From the IMG/VR virus record IMGVR_UViG_3300026493_000141, positions 1-64,000 of that record: a stretch of 64,000 nucleotides of DNA; one strand, written 5' to 3'. Shown here piece by piece: positions 28,555 to 38,611 of this stretch (positions within the stretch are counted from its first letter, which is position 1; the number at the start of each line of letters is the position of its first letter). The notes under the pieces were generated by a model that saw only the letters and a program-made list of their open reading frames with translations, was not told the DNA's origin and searched no databases. The position numbers and the translations under genes were made by a program. This DNA comes from an uncultured virus (IMG/VR IMGVR_UViG_3300026493_000141) (taxonomy: Duplodnaviria > Heunggongvirae > Uroviricota > Caudoviricetes).

Positions 28555-29076
28555 TTATCGTTTATTATTTTCTTTAATTTCTTCCGCTTGTTTCATTTTT
28601 TCGATGGCTTCTAGTTTTATAATGACATAATAAACTAGATTGCCCATATTTTCATTTTCTTTAGATGGTACAAGAGAAGTTTCGTGCCATGATGCAAGTA
28701 ACCCAAAATGTTTATTTAATGCAATATCAATATGCTCATTATCACCGTATGCATTGAATATCATTGGTGTTAAATTTTTATCAAATAATCTAAGTAGCAT
28801 AAAGTTACCATCATTATTGACAGTAAAAGTATGCATATCAAAGTTAATATAATGACCAATCCATGATAGTTGAACTTCAATATTTTCTGGTAAATAATAT
28901 TCCTTTGTAAGATGTGGTTTTGAATCAGGTAATGTATATGCTCTCTTGTATCCTTTTTCAAGATAGTTAAATGGTGTTGCTACAGGAATATCTGTTTCTT
29001 GAAATACTGTGAATGATGGTCCTGTGATAATATCTACTGTCGTGTTTAGTGCGTCTATTTTATTTACGTTTGTCAT
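28555..29076 (-). CDS. hypothetical protein
   Basis: 173 aa, SD AGGGAG. Confidence 0.7.
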   Translation of the reverse strand: MTNVNKIDALNTTVDIITGPSFTVFQETDIPVATPFNYLEKGYKRAYTLPDSKPHLTKEYYLPENIEVQLSWIGHYINFDMHTFTVNNDGNFMLLRLFDKNLTPMIFNAYGDNEHIDIALNKHFGLLASWHETSLVPSKENENMGNLVYYVIIKLEAIEKMKQAEEIKENNKR

Positions 29077-29109
29077 TTTAATTAGCTCCCTTAGTTTATA
29101 TTATTTTTA

Positions 29110-29523
29110 TTATTTAGCTAAACGTGAAACATTCTTTCCAGCTTTTTTTAATTTCTTAGCATCCTTATTTGACCAGCCATGTTTATCTTGCATTTCTATC
29201 ATAGCCTTCTTACCCCAGCCAAATACAATTCCCCAAATTAAAGCTAATTCCGAGGATTCGCTCCAATCTCTGCTACTACTAGCAAGAATCTCTTTTAGCA
29301 TACCCAAACCTTTTCCAACTTCCTCTACATCAATTGGGATAACATCTAATTCATTTATATCAGTATATCTTCCTCCACAGAAAGTTTCCCCTGAACCAAT
29401 GATGTATGCTTTAACAGTTCCATCATTATCACGGTATTCTGTCTTAAACCCGATTGTATCATTATATCTAAATAATGAACCCGGTTCTACATCTTCTAAT
29501 TTTACAGTCTTAGTCATTTTCAT
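29110..29523 (-). CDS. hypothetical protein
   Basis: 137 aa, SD AAGGAG. Confidence 0.7.
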   Translation of the reverse strand: MKMTKTVKLEDVEPGSLFRYNDTIGFKTEYRDNDGTVKAYIIGSGETFCGGRYTDINELDVIPIDVEEVGKGLGMLKEILASSSRDWSESSELALIWGIVFGWGKKAMIEMQDKHGWSNKDAKKLKKAGKNVSRLAK

Positions 29524-29557
29524 TCTCCTTTGCTTTATGAAAGACAGGTAAGAGGAA

Positions 29558-31708
29558 TTAACCTCTTACCTTCTTTTCAAACTCTTTACGCGAAATTACT
29601 TCAATACCTTTGTCTAAAGCCTTCGCTACTTTCTTCTTACTCGTATCATGTGGATCAGTTGCCACTAAATATGTCAACCCTTTGAATCCACTGTCTACTA
29701 CTTTATATCCTTTTGCTTCACACTCTTTCTTTAAGTCCTTATCTCGGAATCCAGTAAACATAACTTTCTTCTTACCAGTATCCTGATGTGCTTCGAACTT
29801 AGAATGTATAATGTTATTTGTAAATACTTCTTGTAATAGATATTGTAAAGTCGGCATGACTTCATCTAATCCATTAATAAAGTTTTCTTTCTTAGCATCT
29901 CTTACATTCGGAATATTAACTGTCCCGATAGAATAAGAGTTCTTCATTACTTCTTGTAATGTATACCAATTTAAAATCTGCTCACTCGTCTTTGGACCAG
30001 AGATACCTAACGCATTACATAAGTTATAATCATGTATCGGTTCGGTTCTAATTCTCTCAATCTCAGACTTTATATTATTTACTTTTGATTCTCCGAATCC
30101 ATCTAATTGTAAGATAGCTGAATAATCTAGATTAAATAATGATGGGATATCCGTAAGGAGACCTTCATCATATAATCGTGTTACTGTCTTATCAGCAAAG
30201 TCTTTCAGACCTAATGCTTTGATAAAGAATGTAATACGATTCAAATGTTTCGTTGTACAATTACCATTTGCACAGAAATAGTTCTTTCCTTTCTGTACTA
30301 TAGACCCTCCACAGCTTGGACATTGGTCAGGATATCCAATGACTGGACCCATCCCGTTATGTCGTACGGTTGGTTGCACATAAGGCATTACATCACCGTT
30401 ATAAGATACTGTAACTGTATCTCCGTAATGTAAATTCATCTTACTAAATCTCTCATAAGATGATAGTGTACTATGATTGTGGATTGTACCATTTAGTTCA
30501 ATCGGATCATAGAAAAGGATCGGTGTTAATAATCCTGTACGACCTACGGTTACTTCGAATCCTTTAACAGTCGTCTGCACTTCATCGGGTGGATACTTGT
30601 AAGCTACCTGATATTTATTAATTGCATTCTTTCTTCCAAACTCATCACGAATCTCATCATTGATTACATCGATAACGATACCATCAATTGCGAATCCTAA
30701 GTCTGGACGCTTTACTCGAATGTCTGCTATGAAGTCATGAATCTTAGCCATCGCTTCTTTTACCGATGTTACTTCTAACTCAATAAATGATAGTGCTAAG
30801 TTCTGTGCAAACATTTTGTTTATTACCGCATAGGATACTTCCTCATCGGTATCTGTTACGGCATACAATGGAACTGGTGTTAAGTACTTTGCATACTTGG
30901 CTCCATTACTAGCTGATACAATACTAACTGCCGCGCTTCGACAGTTTGCATAACTCTTTCCTCGTTCTTCCATGTATAAATCACGGTTTGCTTTTGTTAC
31001 AATTAACTCTGTCTTCAATCCGAAGTTTAACCCCATTTCATTTAAGGCATTCGGATATCTTACATTTGTAAATAAGTGTGTTAGGTCTGTTCCATTACCA
31101 TCATCACCACGAGTGATTGCTGATACAACTTTACCTGTTACACTATCTATTTCTAAGATGACAGATACGCCATCATACTTTAATGATAATCTGATACGAA
31201 GAGGTCCACGGCTTCTAGCCATCCAACTTCTAATGAAGGATTCAACATCTTTCGTACCTTCTTTCCTTTGTGTGTTATCTGCTGTATAGATAAAATGAGC
31301 CTTGTCTAATGTACCACGTAATAGTGGAAACTCATGTGTCGTATCTTTCGTACGTCTACCAACAAATAATGTAGCCTCAATTGGCTCAGCGCGATAAGAC
31401 TTAAATTTATCTAATGTTATGTCATATATCTTATCGCTTACAAACTCCTTTCCATTTTCGTATATGATTTTTAATGCCTTGATAATGTCTTCAACACTAT
31501 CAAGCATTTCATCTATTTTCTTTTCTTTACCTTCTTTAACGAAGCGTTCCATATATAATTCAACGCCCGCTTTCTTCAGCGTATTCTTCGCTTGACGTAG
31601 CTTTCCTTTCTTTGCAAGCTTCAATGCTTTTGCAAATAATTCTTCAGGAGCTACTGTTAGTTCATCTGGCTTAATTCGTTTGACTCTCGCTACTCTAATT
31701 TCAGTCAT
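29558..31708 (-). CDS. ligA: NAD-dependent DNA ligase
   Basis: KYDG adenylation motif, AITRGDD, IDGIV, VAYKYP, TVGRTG, CPSC-C-C zinc finger, HhH repeats, C-terminal BRCT (VMFTGFR). Confidence 0.95.
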   Translation of the reverse strand: MTEIRVARVKRIKPDELTVAPEELFAKALKLAKKGKLRQAKNTLKKAGVELYMERFVKEGKEKKIDEMLDSVEDIIKALKIIYENGKEFVSDKIYDITLDKFKSYRAEPIEATLFVGRRTKDTTHEFPLLRGTLDKAHFIYTADNTQRKEGTKDVESFIRSWMARSRGPLRIRLSLKYDGVSVILEIDSVTGKVVSAITRGDDGNGTDLTHLFTNVRYPNALNEMGLNFGLKTELIVTKANRDLYMEERGKSYANCRSAAVSIVSASNGAKYAKYLTPVPLYAVTDTDEEVSYAVINKMFAQNLALSFIELEVTSVKEAMAKIHDFIADIRVKRPDLGFAIDGIVIDVINDEIRDEFGRKNAINKYQVAYKYPPDEVQTTVKGFEVTVGRTGLLTPILFYDPIELNGTIHNHSTLSSYERFSKMNLHYGDTVTVSYNGDVMPYVQPTVRHNGMGPVIGYPDQCPSCGGSIVQKGKNYFCANGNCTTKHLNRITFFIKALGLKDFADKTVTRLYDEGLLTDIPSLFNLDYSAILQLDGFGESKVNNIKSEIERIRTEPIHDYNLCNALGISGPKTSEQILNWYTLQEVMKNSYSIGTVNIPNVRDAKKENFINGLDEVMPTLQYLLQEVFTNNIIHSKFEAHQDTGKKKVMFTGFRDKDLKKECEAKGYKVVDSGFKGLTYLVATDPHDTSKKKVAKALDKGIEVISRKEFEKKVRG

Positions 31709-31766
31709 TGTTATTCCTCCTCTATGTAGCTTTATACATTAGTAGCTTTTGGATTCATTATCCAAT

Positions 31767-31785
31767 CTCACCTATATAATGTATA
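31767..31785 (-). promoter_or_regulatory. early-type promoter (ligase operon)
   Basis: TATACATTAT ATAGG TGAG. Confidence 0.75.
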
Positions 31786-31863
31786 ATCAAATTAAATGTT
31801 GAATTTATTGTTATTGTATAAAAATGACAAAAAATAAAGATAGGGATTTCTCCCTATCTCGTA

Positions 31864-32340
31864 CTATTGTAGACGGATGTTTACGTCTAAGTATTGCCCT
31901 GGTCCCATTTTAATAGGTTCCAATTCGATTGCAGTATACTTGTTTTCTACAATACAAGTTACTCCATTATGATATGAATGACGTTCTTTATTAAGTAACC
32001 CGATATCCGCCATCACATTCAATATTCTATAATAGTAATTTCTAGTTGTATCAGATGATGCTTTTGCACGTTTTAATGGATTCACATCAGCTAGTTCGCG
32101 AGAAGTAGCATACCCTTTACGTACCATATCTAATACTGTTTTATAATTATTTGGTAGATAGTTTTCATTACGAGTTAAACGAACTAAGTTTATCTTACTC
32201 GTTAACCCACCTTTAATTAATAAACCTGCTTTACGTTTACGTACTGATACTGTTTTGATAGCATCTACTTTTTGTACGGAAACTTTCTTTGTAGTCTTTC
32301 TAGTTGTTGCTTTAGCCTCTTTATTTGTTTTAGTAGCCAT
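31864..32340 (-). CDS. basic winged-HTH DNA-binding protein
   Basis: VLDMVRKGYATSRELAD...YYRILNVMADIGLLNKE wHTH pattern; K/T-rich N-tail; ATG 32340. Confidence 0.6.
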   Translation of the reverse strand: MATKTNKEAKATTRKTTKKVSVQKVDAIKTVSVRKRKAGLLIKGGLTSKINLVRLTRNENYLPNNYKTVLDMVRKGYATSRELADVNPLKRAKASSDTTRNYYYRILNVMADIGLLNKERHSYHNGVTCIVENKYTAIELEPIKMGPGQYLDVNIRLQ

Positions 32341-32427
32341 TGTTAATGGTCCCCTCTCCACTTTTTATATCTGAGTATATTAATTATAAGTTCTAATTTT
32401 TTAAGAGAAAAGTGTTACTTCTTTATA

Positions 32428-33471
32428 TTAAATAACATTTGGTACTACTACATATAATGTAGGATACCCTGCAACATAACCATCATTAATAGTCATAGAG
32501 TCCATATCAAAATCAAGTAAATGTGGTATCACAAGACTATTAACTCGGATAAATTGTTTTGCTGTTTCTTCTAAGTTTGTACGCATAATCTCAAATGTTT
32601 CACGAGAGTATGTCGCCGGAGCTGCTAATGTTAATTTAAGGAAATAGCTAGTCGGCTCTGCAATATGACTTCTCGTTTCAAGATATTTGTACACGCCCCC
32701 ATCACCAGGTTTAATTTTTGATATAAGCGCTCCTTGTACGACAGCTTTTGTTATAACTTTATCTGACACTTTAACCTGAGATGCAAAGTCTGCGGACAAT
32801 GGTGTCCATAGCATACGAGCATCAGGTAAAACCGCAGCTGGGCTATCAGACTGTACCCATATTTCAAAATCATGGAAACCTTTTAATTTTGTTACTTTAT
32901 TGGCTCTCATTAGAGCTTCTTCTTTTTCTACTTCTACACGTTTTAATGCATTGCGTAATACTAATTTTGCATTAAGTACTCCTGCATGATCCGGCATTCC
33001 GTTAACTGGAACCAAACCAAATTCATACCAAGAGACAACACCTACCGCTGCAAATTCATCTTGACTGAATAGTTCGATTAAATGCTTATCATTCAGTTTA
33101 TCGAATTCACTAAACGTCATAAGTGTTGGATGCATTGCATGTAGTAATATATCTTTACCGTTTTTATCTTCAACAAATTCACGGTATATGCCATCTTTAG
33201 TATCATTATTACGTCGAACGTTATATTCACCTCGGACAACTGCACTTACATGAATGTCTTCAGGAATCTTATATGTATCCTGTACTTCTTTACATTGCTC
33301 ATCTGTTACACCCATTGTACGATAAGATGCCGCAGGCAATGATAATCCTTTTTTAAATGATCCACTTGTAGCCTTTACAGGTAAATCATATTCTGTAAAT
33401 TTTAATGCCATATCATCTACCTGTAGTAGATGTGGTCTAATATGCTTTACAGATACATTCTTTCTAACCAT
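32428..33471 (-). CDS. hypothetical protein, apparently two tandem related domains
   Basis: 347 aa, SD GAGGAGG; halves share the pattern (V/A)(V)xG...DGx(I/V)Y(R/K). Confidence 0.75.
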   Translation of the reverse strand: MVRKNVSVKHIRPHLLQVDDMALKFTEYDLPVKATSGSFKKGLSLPAASYRTMGVTDEQCKEVQDTYKIPEDIHVSAVVRGEYNVRRNNDTKDGIYREFVEDKNGKDILLHAMHPTLMTFSEFDKLNDKHLIELFSQDEFAAVGVVSWYEFGLVPVNGMPDHAGVLNAKLVLRNALKRVEVEKEEALMRANKVTKLKGFHDFEIWVQSDSPAAVLPDARMLWTPLSADFASQVKVSDKVITKAVVQGALISKIKPGDGGVYKYLETRSHIAEPTSYFLKLTLAAPATYSRETFEIMRTNLEETAKQFIRVNSLVIPHLLDFDMDSMTINDGYVAGYPTLYVVVPNVI

Positions 33472-33574
33472 TATAGTTCCTCCTCAGGAAATGTATTTTC
33501 TTTCTATAATAATTAGTTGTCATTATTTTTATTTATTACCAAATATATGTAAAAAAGAAGAGTAGACCAATGGT

Positions 33575-35635
33575 CTACTCCTCATCTTCATCTTCAAATA
33601 CAACCCCGTTTAATTGAGTTTCATCAGCTACTTCTTCCCCGTCTTCAATCTCGAATTCTAATCCGATACCAATAGACTTTAAGTACACTGTTGCAATCTC
33701 TGCTGCACGGTTCTTTGCATTATCTGACATTTCAATATTCTCTAAATCTAATACATTGTTTTCATATAACTGACCTGTATCACGACGACCGATTACAGAC
33801 GTACTATATAGCATAGACATATACGCTAATAGGTCTGGTCGTTGTGTCATCAGTAAGTTAGAATACTCCATTTCCCCTACACGTACTGGTGTCTTTTGAT
33901 AAATAGAACGATGATGTTTATTTGCAATAGACTTAGATGGTAGGTCTTTACTGTTTGAGTATCCGGTACTACGAGTTGAGAACTTACCTTTCGGTGTATG
34001 TTTCAACTTCAGAATATATTTGCTTCCTACAACAACTTTGTTTAGCATTTTGATCTTGCGACCAAATTTGTTTACATAGCAAGTATATGGTTCGAATCCA
34101 TACTTGTCATAAATAAACTCAAACTTATCAAGTGTCATATTATCATACATCGGTGGTTGATGTATCATGATACCATTCTTATCAATATCTTCAAAGAAGG
34201 CAAGCTTCTCATCCTCAGCTAATGGTGAATAATAGTTAATTAATGCATTAGCCTGAGTTGTATTAATATCATTAATGATATCGAATAAGAAGTTTTCTTT
34301 ATCAGTTAATGATGCCATTTCTGCTAATCGTTCTCTTACTCGGTGTCCAATAAAATTTAACTCCACTTCATATAACTGACCTGGATTTAAACGGTTAACA
34401 ACACCTAGAACGTTGAATATGGCATCTACACGAAGACCTGTTTCTGTGAAAGGCATTTCATCATCAGGAACAATCTGACTGATAACCCCTTTGTCACCGA
34501 AGCGTCCTGTAAGTTTTTGTCCGATTGTAACACCAGATTCTTTCTCAACAACGAACTCAATAACCATGTTACTGAATGTTGAGTTATTGCTATCTTTCCA
34601 ACTACAAGTTGGGTCTAAGATATCTTTCGAACGCTTGTACATAAAGTCTAGGTCTTCTGTATATTGACCAGTCTTCATAATCTCTCCAAGCGTTTGTACG
34701 ACTTCTCTATGATAACGTAATTCATTATCGTAGTATTTCATAATTTGTTTATTGTACTTTGCTTTTGGAATTTCGTCATATGGTTTATTACAATAGATAT
34801 TAATATCAACTACTTTTCCTTGTGCATAGAACGTTGTATCATTTCTAAAGTTAGGCTTCTGCATATTTTCATACTTTAAATCATATAGAGATTGAGAGTA
34901 TGTAATTCGACGCTTACAAGCCAAGATTGTATCTTTATTAATCATCTCTCCAATATCAGGGAATGCTCGATATCCATCTTCCCCTCCATACATATTGATG
35001 AGAAGGTCATTATCATTTAGTGAGATGCGAACGTTCTCTACTTCGATAGACTTTAATCCATCTCGAAGAGATTCTGATATAACAATCGCATCCTCTATCG
35101 TTCGGTTATCAATACCATACATACAGTTTACATTGATACCATAACGATAGTTCATATTTTCATCAAATGAAGTACTGCTAAATAATACTTCACCTGCTTC
35201 AATTGTATCATCTATTTCCTTTGAGTCTAATTTCTGAGTATTATATTTATACCCGTAAGACTCTGTTAAGCGTTCATTACTTCTCTTTTCAATAACATCG
35301 AACTTTTGTGTTTCTGTATTGAATACGAGTAATGTATATAAGTGGTCAGGATTATCTTCAAACTTCTGAATTTTTCCTACCACGACTAATTGTGCTTCCG
35401 CTCGATAATAAGCAGAACTAAATTCTCCAACTATATTCTCATAGTTGGTATACATCTTCGGAATCTCTGGATTCAGTAGAACTACGTTCTGATCTAACTG
35501 ACTACTTACCATGATTGCACGAGATGAGTTTGTACGATTCGCCATCGTCAATACATTCTTTCCTAGAATGTCATCTTTTCCTTCATACTTTCGATCTAAC
35601 TCTAGCATCTGCTCTTTAATGTTTTTAATTGACAT
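33575..35635 (-). CDS. phage multisubunit RNA polymerase beta subunit, C-terminal part (probably non-virion RNAP)
   Basis: RAIMVSSQ, IEDAIVIS, GQKLTGRFGDKGVIS, RLNPGQ, YILKLKH, RVGEME. Confidence 0.93.
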   Translation of the reverse strand: MSIKNIKEQMLELDRKYEGKDDILGKNVLTMANRTNSSRAIMVSSQLDQNVVLLNPEIPKMYTNYENIVGEFSSAYYRAEAQLVVVGKIQKFEDNPDHLYTLLVFNTETQKFDVIEKRSNERLTESYGYKYNTQKLDSKEIDDTIEAGEVLFSSTSFDENMNYRYGINVNCMYGIDNRTIEDAIVISESLRDGLKSIEVENVRISLNDNDLLINMYGGEDGYRAFPDIGEMINKDTILACKRRITYSQSLYDLKYENMQKPNFRNDTTFYAQGKVVDINIYCNKPYDEIPKAKYNKQIMKYYDNELRYHREVVQTLGEIMKTGQYTEDLDFMYKRSKDILDPTCSWKDSNNSTFSNMVIEFVVEKESGVTIGQKLTGRFGDKGVISQIVPDDEMPFTETGLRVDAIFNVLGVVNRLNPGQLYEVELNFIGHRVRERLAEMASLTDKENFLFDIINDINTTQANALINYYSPLAEDEKLAFFEDIDKNGIMIHQPPMYDNMTLDKFEFIYDKYGFEPYTCYVNKFGRKIKMLNKVVVGSKYILKLKHTPKGKFSTRSTGYSNSKDLPSKSIANKHHRSIYQKTPVRVGEMEYSNLLMTQRPDLLAYMSMLYSTSVIGRRDTGQLYENNVLDLENIEMSDNAKNRAAEIATVYLKSIGIGLEFEIEDGEEVADETQLNGVVFEDEDEE

Positions 35636-35680
35636 TTTAAAATCACACTCCCTATAGTTATGATGTTATAGTTTACATCA

Positions 35681-35699
35681 TTCGCTACTATAATGTATA
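35681..35699 (-). promoter_or_regulatory. early-type promoter (RNAP beta-C)
   Basis: TATACATTAT AGTAG CGA (one deviation). Confidence 0.6.
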
Positions 35700-35776
35700 T
35701 TTATAGAAGGAGTGAATATTTACTATGAACCCAAAAAAAAATAAGGGTAAGCTTTTGCTTACCCTCCCCCTAATCA

Positions 35777-36283
35777 TTAAACGATGTCAAATAACTTCGT
35801 AATGATTTCTATCTCTTTATCCATTTTATATGGTTGACCCTCTGGTAAGTAGATTGCAACTTCTTTATGCATCTTATCAAAGTTAGGGTCTTTACTTGTA
35901 ATCTCAATTACTGCTACTTCATCAACTGAGAAGTTTGGTAATTGTAATTTACTTTCAGCTTGACTATAGAAAGTAGCTTCCTTCTCAATCTTCTTACCTA
36001 CTTCTACATTACCTACGATTACACGGCAATATTGTTTTACGTAAGTTGGTACTGTGTTACCTGCTTTAGATTTAGTAATATCTTTATCAAAACATTTTTC
36101 AGCAAATTTCTTTGAAGTTTCATATACGTTAATTCTGTATTGTTCCATCACATCCATATTACTCACTACAGCTTCAATCTGAGATTTAGTTAATGCACCT
36201 CGCGTACGCTTGATAATCGTTCCGATTAAAATCGCCTTTCGTTCCGCCATATTAAGTGTTTTATAATTTTTTAATTCCGACAT
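35777..36283 (-). CDS. paralog family A protein
   Basis: INVYE...F..KC, RVIVGNVEVG, VAIYLP. Confidence 0.75.
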   Translation of the reverse strand: MSELKNYKTLNMAERKAILIGTIIKRTRGALTKSQIEAVVSNMDVMEQYRINVYETSKKFAEKCFDKDITKSKAGNTVPTYVKQYCRVIVGNVEVGKKIEKEATFYSQAESKLQLPNFSVDEVAVIEITSKDPNFDKMHKEVAIYLPEGQPYKMDKEIEIITKLFDIV

Positions 36284-36305
36284 TGTTAAAATTCCTCCTA
36301 ATTAG

Positions 36306-36830
36306 TTATGTTAAACAAACGTGTAATTCATAATGTAAACTTATTGGTTGTTCTTCTCTCGTTACTTCCCTAACGATCATAGTTGCAAATAAGTTACGTG
36401 TACCAAAATCTTCTATGTTTCCAATTTCAAATGTTTTACCCTCGACGATATTTACACCTTCGATGATTTCTGTATCATAATTATAACCATATCCATATGC
36501 TTGGAATGATGCTTTTGCTTTTGCTTTTGTTATTTTAATATCTCCGATTATCACTACAGGCATAGCCACATGACGGATTGTTACTTCTTTTCCATCCTCC
36601 ATCATTGTATATGTGAAGTCTCTTCCTGTACATGCATTTGATAGGAACTTGCGATATGCAGGACCTCTTTCTGCGGCATCAGCATAAATGTGTACTGCAT
36701 CAATATGATGTGTTGTGAAAACACCTATGAATGCTGATCTATCTCCGTCTCCTAATTCTAATCTACTAATCCCAAAAGGTCTTGGTCCAAATATTGATAA
36801 GAATGCTTCTTCATGTTTTAATGTAGTCAT
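36306..36830 (-). CDS. paralog family A protein
   Basis: VHIYA...FLSNACT, VVIIGDI, ELHVCL. Confidence 0.75.
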   Translation of the reverse strand: MTTLKHEEAFLSIFGPRPFGISRLELGDGDRSAFIGVFTTHHIDAVHIYADAAERGPAYRKFLSNACTGRDFTYTMMEDGKEVTIRHVAMPVVIIGDIKITKAKAKASFQAYGYGYNYDTEIIEGVNIVEGKTFEIGNIEDFGTRNLFATMIVREVTREEQPISLHYELHVCLT

Positions 36831-36843
36831 TATTATTTCCCCC

Positions 36844-37398
36844 TTATTTTATCCCTCTGTAGTTGTAACACAATTCCATAACGGTATCTGGTATATAGAC
36901 ATGTAACCTGGACTTAATATCCGAATCAGTTACTTCTTCATTTTCCAGAGTCTGATAGGAATGTGTGACTCGAATGATTAAAATATTCTCATGGAGATTT
37001 TTAGGGTCATAGTCTTTTGACTCACCTCTGACATCGATATCAACATCCACACATCGACCACTATTGAATGGATCGAATATAACCGCCGCATTTACATGTG
37101 TGTCTGGAATCTTGATGTCTTTTGGAATGAGTAACCATTCCGGTGTTACCTTTTGCTTTATTTCTAATGTCCCACCATCAAGCTTGTATATGCCATCTCT
37201 TTTTGTGGTAGCGTGCATAGTGAATACAGGATACTCCTTGTATCCCATGTATACCGCTACATCATCTATAATATTACTGAACTGCAATTGATGCCGTAGA
37301 ACTGCAATTACATTCTCAGCTGGTTGAAATCCTCTAATTCCCAAAATCACATTACTGTCTAATGATTGTAAAGCCACCTCTTTAGTTAGAATAGTCAT
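36844..37398 (-). CDS. paralog family A protein
   Basis: VAVYMG...F..HAT, RLHVYIP. Confidence 0.75.
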   Translation of the reverse strand: MTILTKEVALQSLDSNVILGIRGFQPAENVIAVLRHQLQFSNIIDDVAVYMGYKEYPVFTMHATTKRDGIYKLDGGTLEIKQKVTPEWLLIPKDIKIPDTHVNAAVIFDPFNSGRCVDVDIDVRGESKDYDPKNLHENILIIRVTHSYQTLENEEVTDSDIKSRLHVYIPDTVMELCYNYRGIK

Positions 37399-37468
37399 TT
37401 TTAATAACCTCTTTCTATTATATTATCGGATGGAGTTTTATCTCCATCCGGTGTTACCATTGATAAAC

Positions 37469-37969
37469 CTATATACGATTATTAGGAATATAAATGTGTA
37501 ATTCTTTGAGGTCATGTTCTTGCCCATCGTCATTCGTTCCATAACGATTTACCTGAACAATTTGTAACTTGCTTTCATTTAAAGTTCCTTGTACATGAGG
37601 TCGTTCGACTTCTCCTATACGTGGATGCTCCATAAGACAATCATAGGCTACATCCGCAAACTCTAATGAACCGCATGTAGCTTCTCCGTATAATACATAA
37701 TTTGCTGTAGCATACGTAATTTTAGTATCTGGTTCAGTCACTGATACATATTTTACTAACATACGAGTTAAAGCATTATCTATAAACTTTTGTGTTTTAG
37801 AATACGCTTCATTTCGATCCGAGTATATATGAACTAAGTCAAATTTTTCTTTGTGTAATGTTGCGAGTAGAACGTGTAATTCATTATGCATTAACATAAA
37901 GTCTTTTAAACCTAATACGTTCGGTGAGAATAGTGAGTGTAATGTTTCATCATGTGATAGTGTTTTCAT
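37469..37969 (-). CDS. paralog family A protein
   Basis: ATG 37969 (SD GAGGAG); VHIYS...FIDNALT, ELHIYIP. Confidence 0.75.
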   Translation of the reverse strand: MKTLSHDETLHSLFSPNVLGLKDFMLMHNELHVLLATLHKEKFDLVHIYSDRNEAYSKTQKFIDNALTRMLVKYVSVTEPDTKITYATANYVLYGEATCGSLEFADVAYDCLMEHPRIGEVERPHVQGTLNESKLQIVQVNRYGTNDDGQEHDLKELHIYIPNNRI

Positions 37970-38015
37970 TGTAATATCTCTCCTCAAATAAATTAGTAGG
38001 ATAAAGCTTTTAGCT

Positions 38016-38486
38016 TTATCCCTGTTCTGCTTGCAGAATGCGATTCTCTGGAATGTGTATATACATAATACTTCCATCGCCTCTATATTTCATTTTGTCA
38101 GCATGTATAACTCCAACTAAATCTTCTGCTAGGGTCATAGTAAACTGATTAGAATCAACGAAGCATTCGCTTCGTTTTTCACTATTGGGTTGATACTTTG
38201 GATAGACTGAGTCTTCCACTTTTCCTACTGACACGTTACCTGATAAGACTTTAATACGACGCATTTCCATTCGGTCAGACGTTTGTTTAAAGTTACTGTC
38301 ATAGCACGCTAGTTTCTTGAATGGCGATAACTCTCCATTCCCAAAGAAGAAGCGAACTCCTGTGATATCATCATTCTTCTTTAAGTGTGAAACTAATACT
38401 TTCTTTTCTGAATCTTTCATTAATCCGCCATGCGGGATCATAGATTCATTGTACTTCATAAGTTCTTCTCTTACGTATAATTCCAT
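38016..38486 (-). CDS. paralog family A protein
   Basis: VRFFFG...F..LAC, KVLSGNVSVG, MYIHIP. Confidence 0.75.
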   Translation of the reverse strand: MELYVREELMKYNESMIPHGGLMKDSEKKVLVSHLKKNDDITGVRFFFGNGELSPFKKLACYDSNFKQTSDRMEMRRIKVLSGNVSVGKVEDSVYPKYQPNSEKRSECFVDSNQFTMTLAEDLVGVIHADKMKYRGDGSIMYIHIPENRILQAEQG

Positions 38487-38503
38487 TTCTTAGCTCCTTA
38501 TCT

Positions 38504-38557
38504 CCATACCTTATAAGTATGGGGGAGGGTTGTTATGGACAACCCTAAAACCTTTAT
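38504..38557 (-). promoter_or_regulatory. two-hairpin leader element (copy 1)
   Basis: AAAGGTT-AGGGTTGT CCATA ACAACCCT-second hairpin-SD. Confidence 0.6.
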
Positions 38558-38567
38558 TAATGGCTTA

Positions 38568-38585
38568 CTCACTAATATAATGTAT
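38568..38585 (-). promoter_or_regulatory. early-type promoter
   Basis: TACATTAT ATTAG TGAG. Confidence 0.75.
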
Positions 38586-38611
38586 GACTGAATACACATT
38601 TGTTACGTTTT

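Noticed and set aside
22584..35635. Group I introns or inteins in the RNAP, ligase or polymerase genes
   Set aside because: The ORFs are continuous with motifs in the expected order, and no intein termini or intron-sized gaps are evident.
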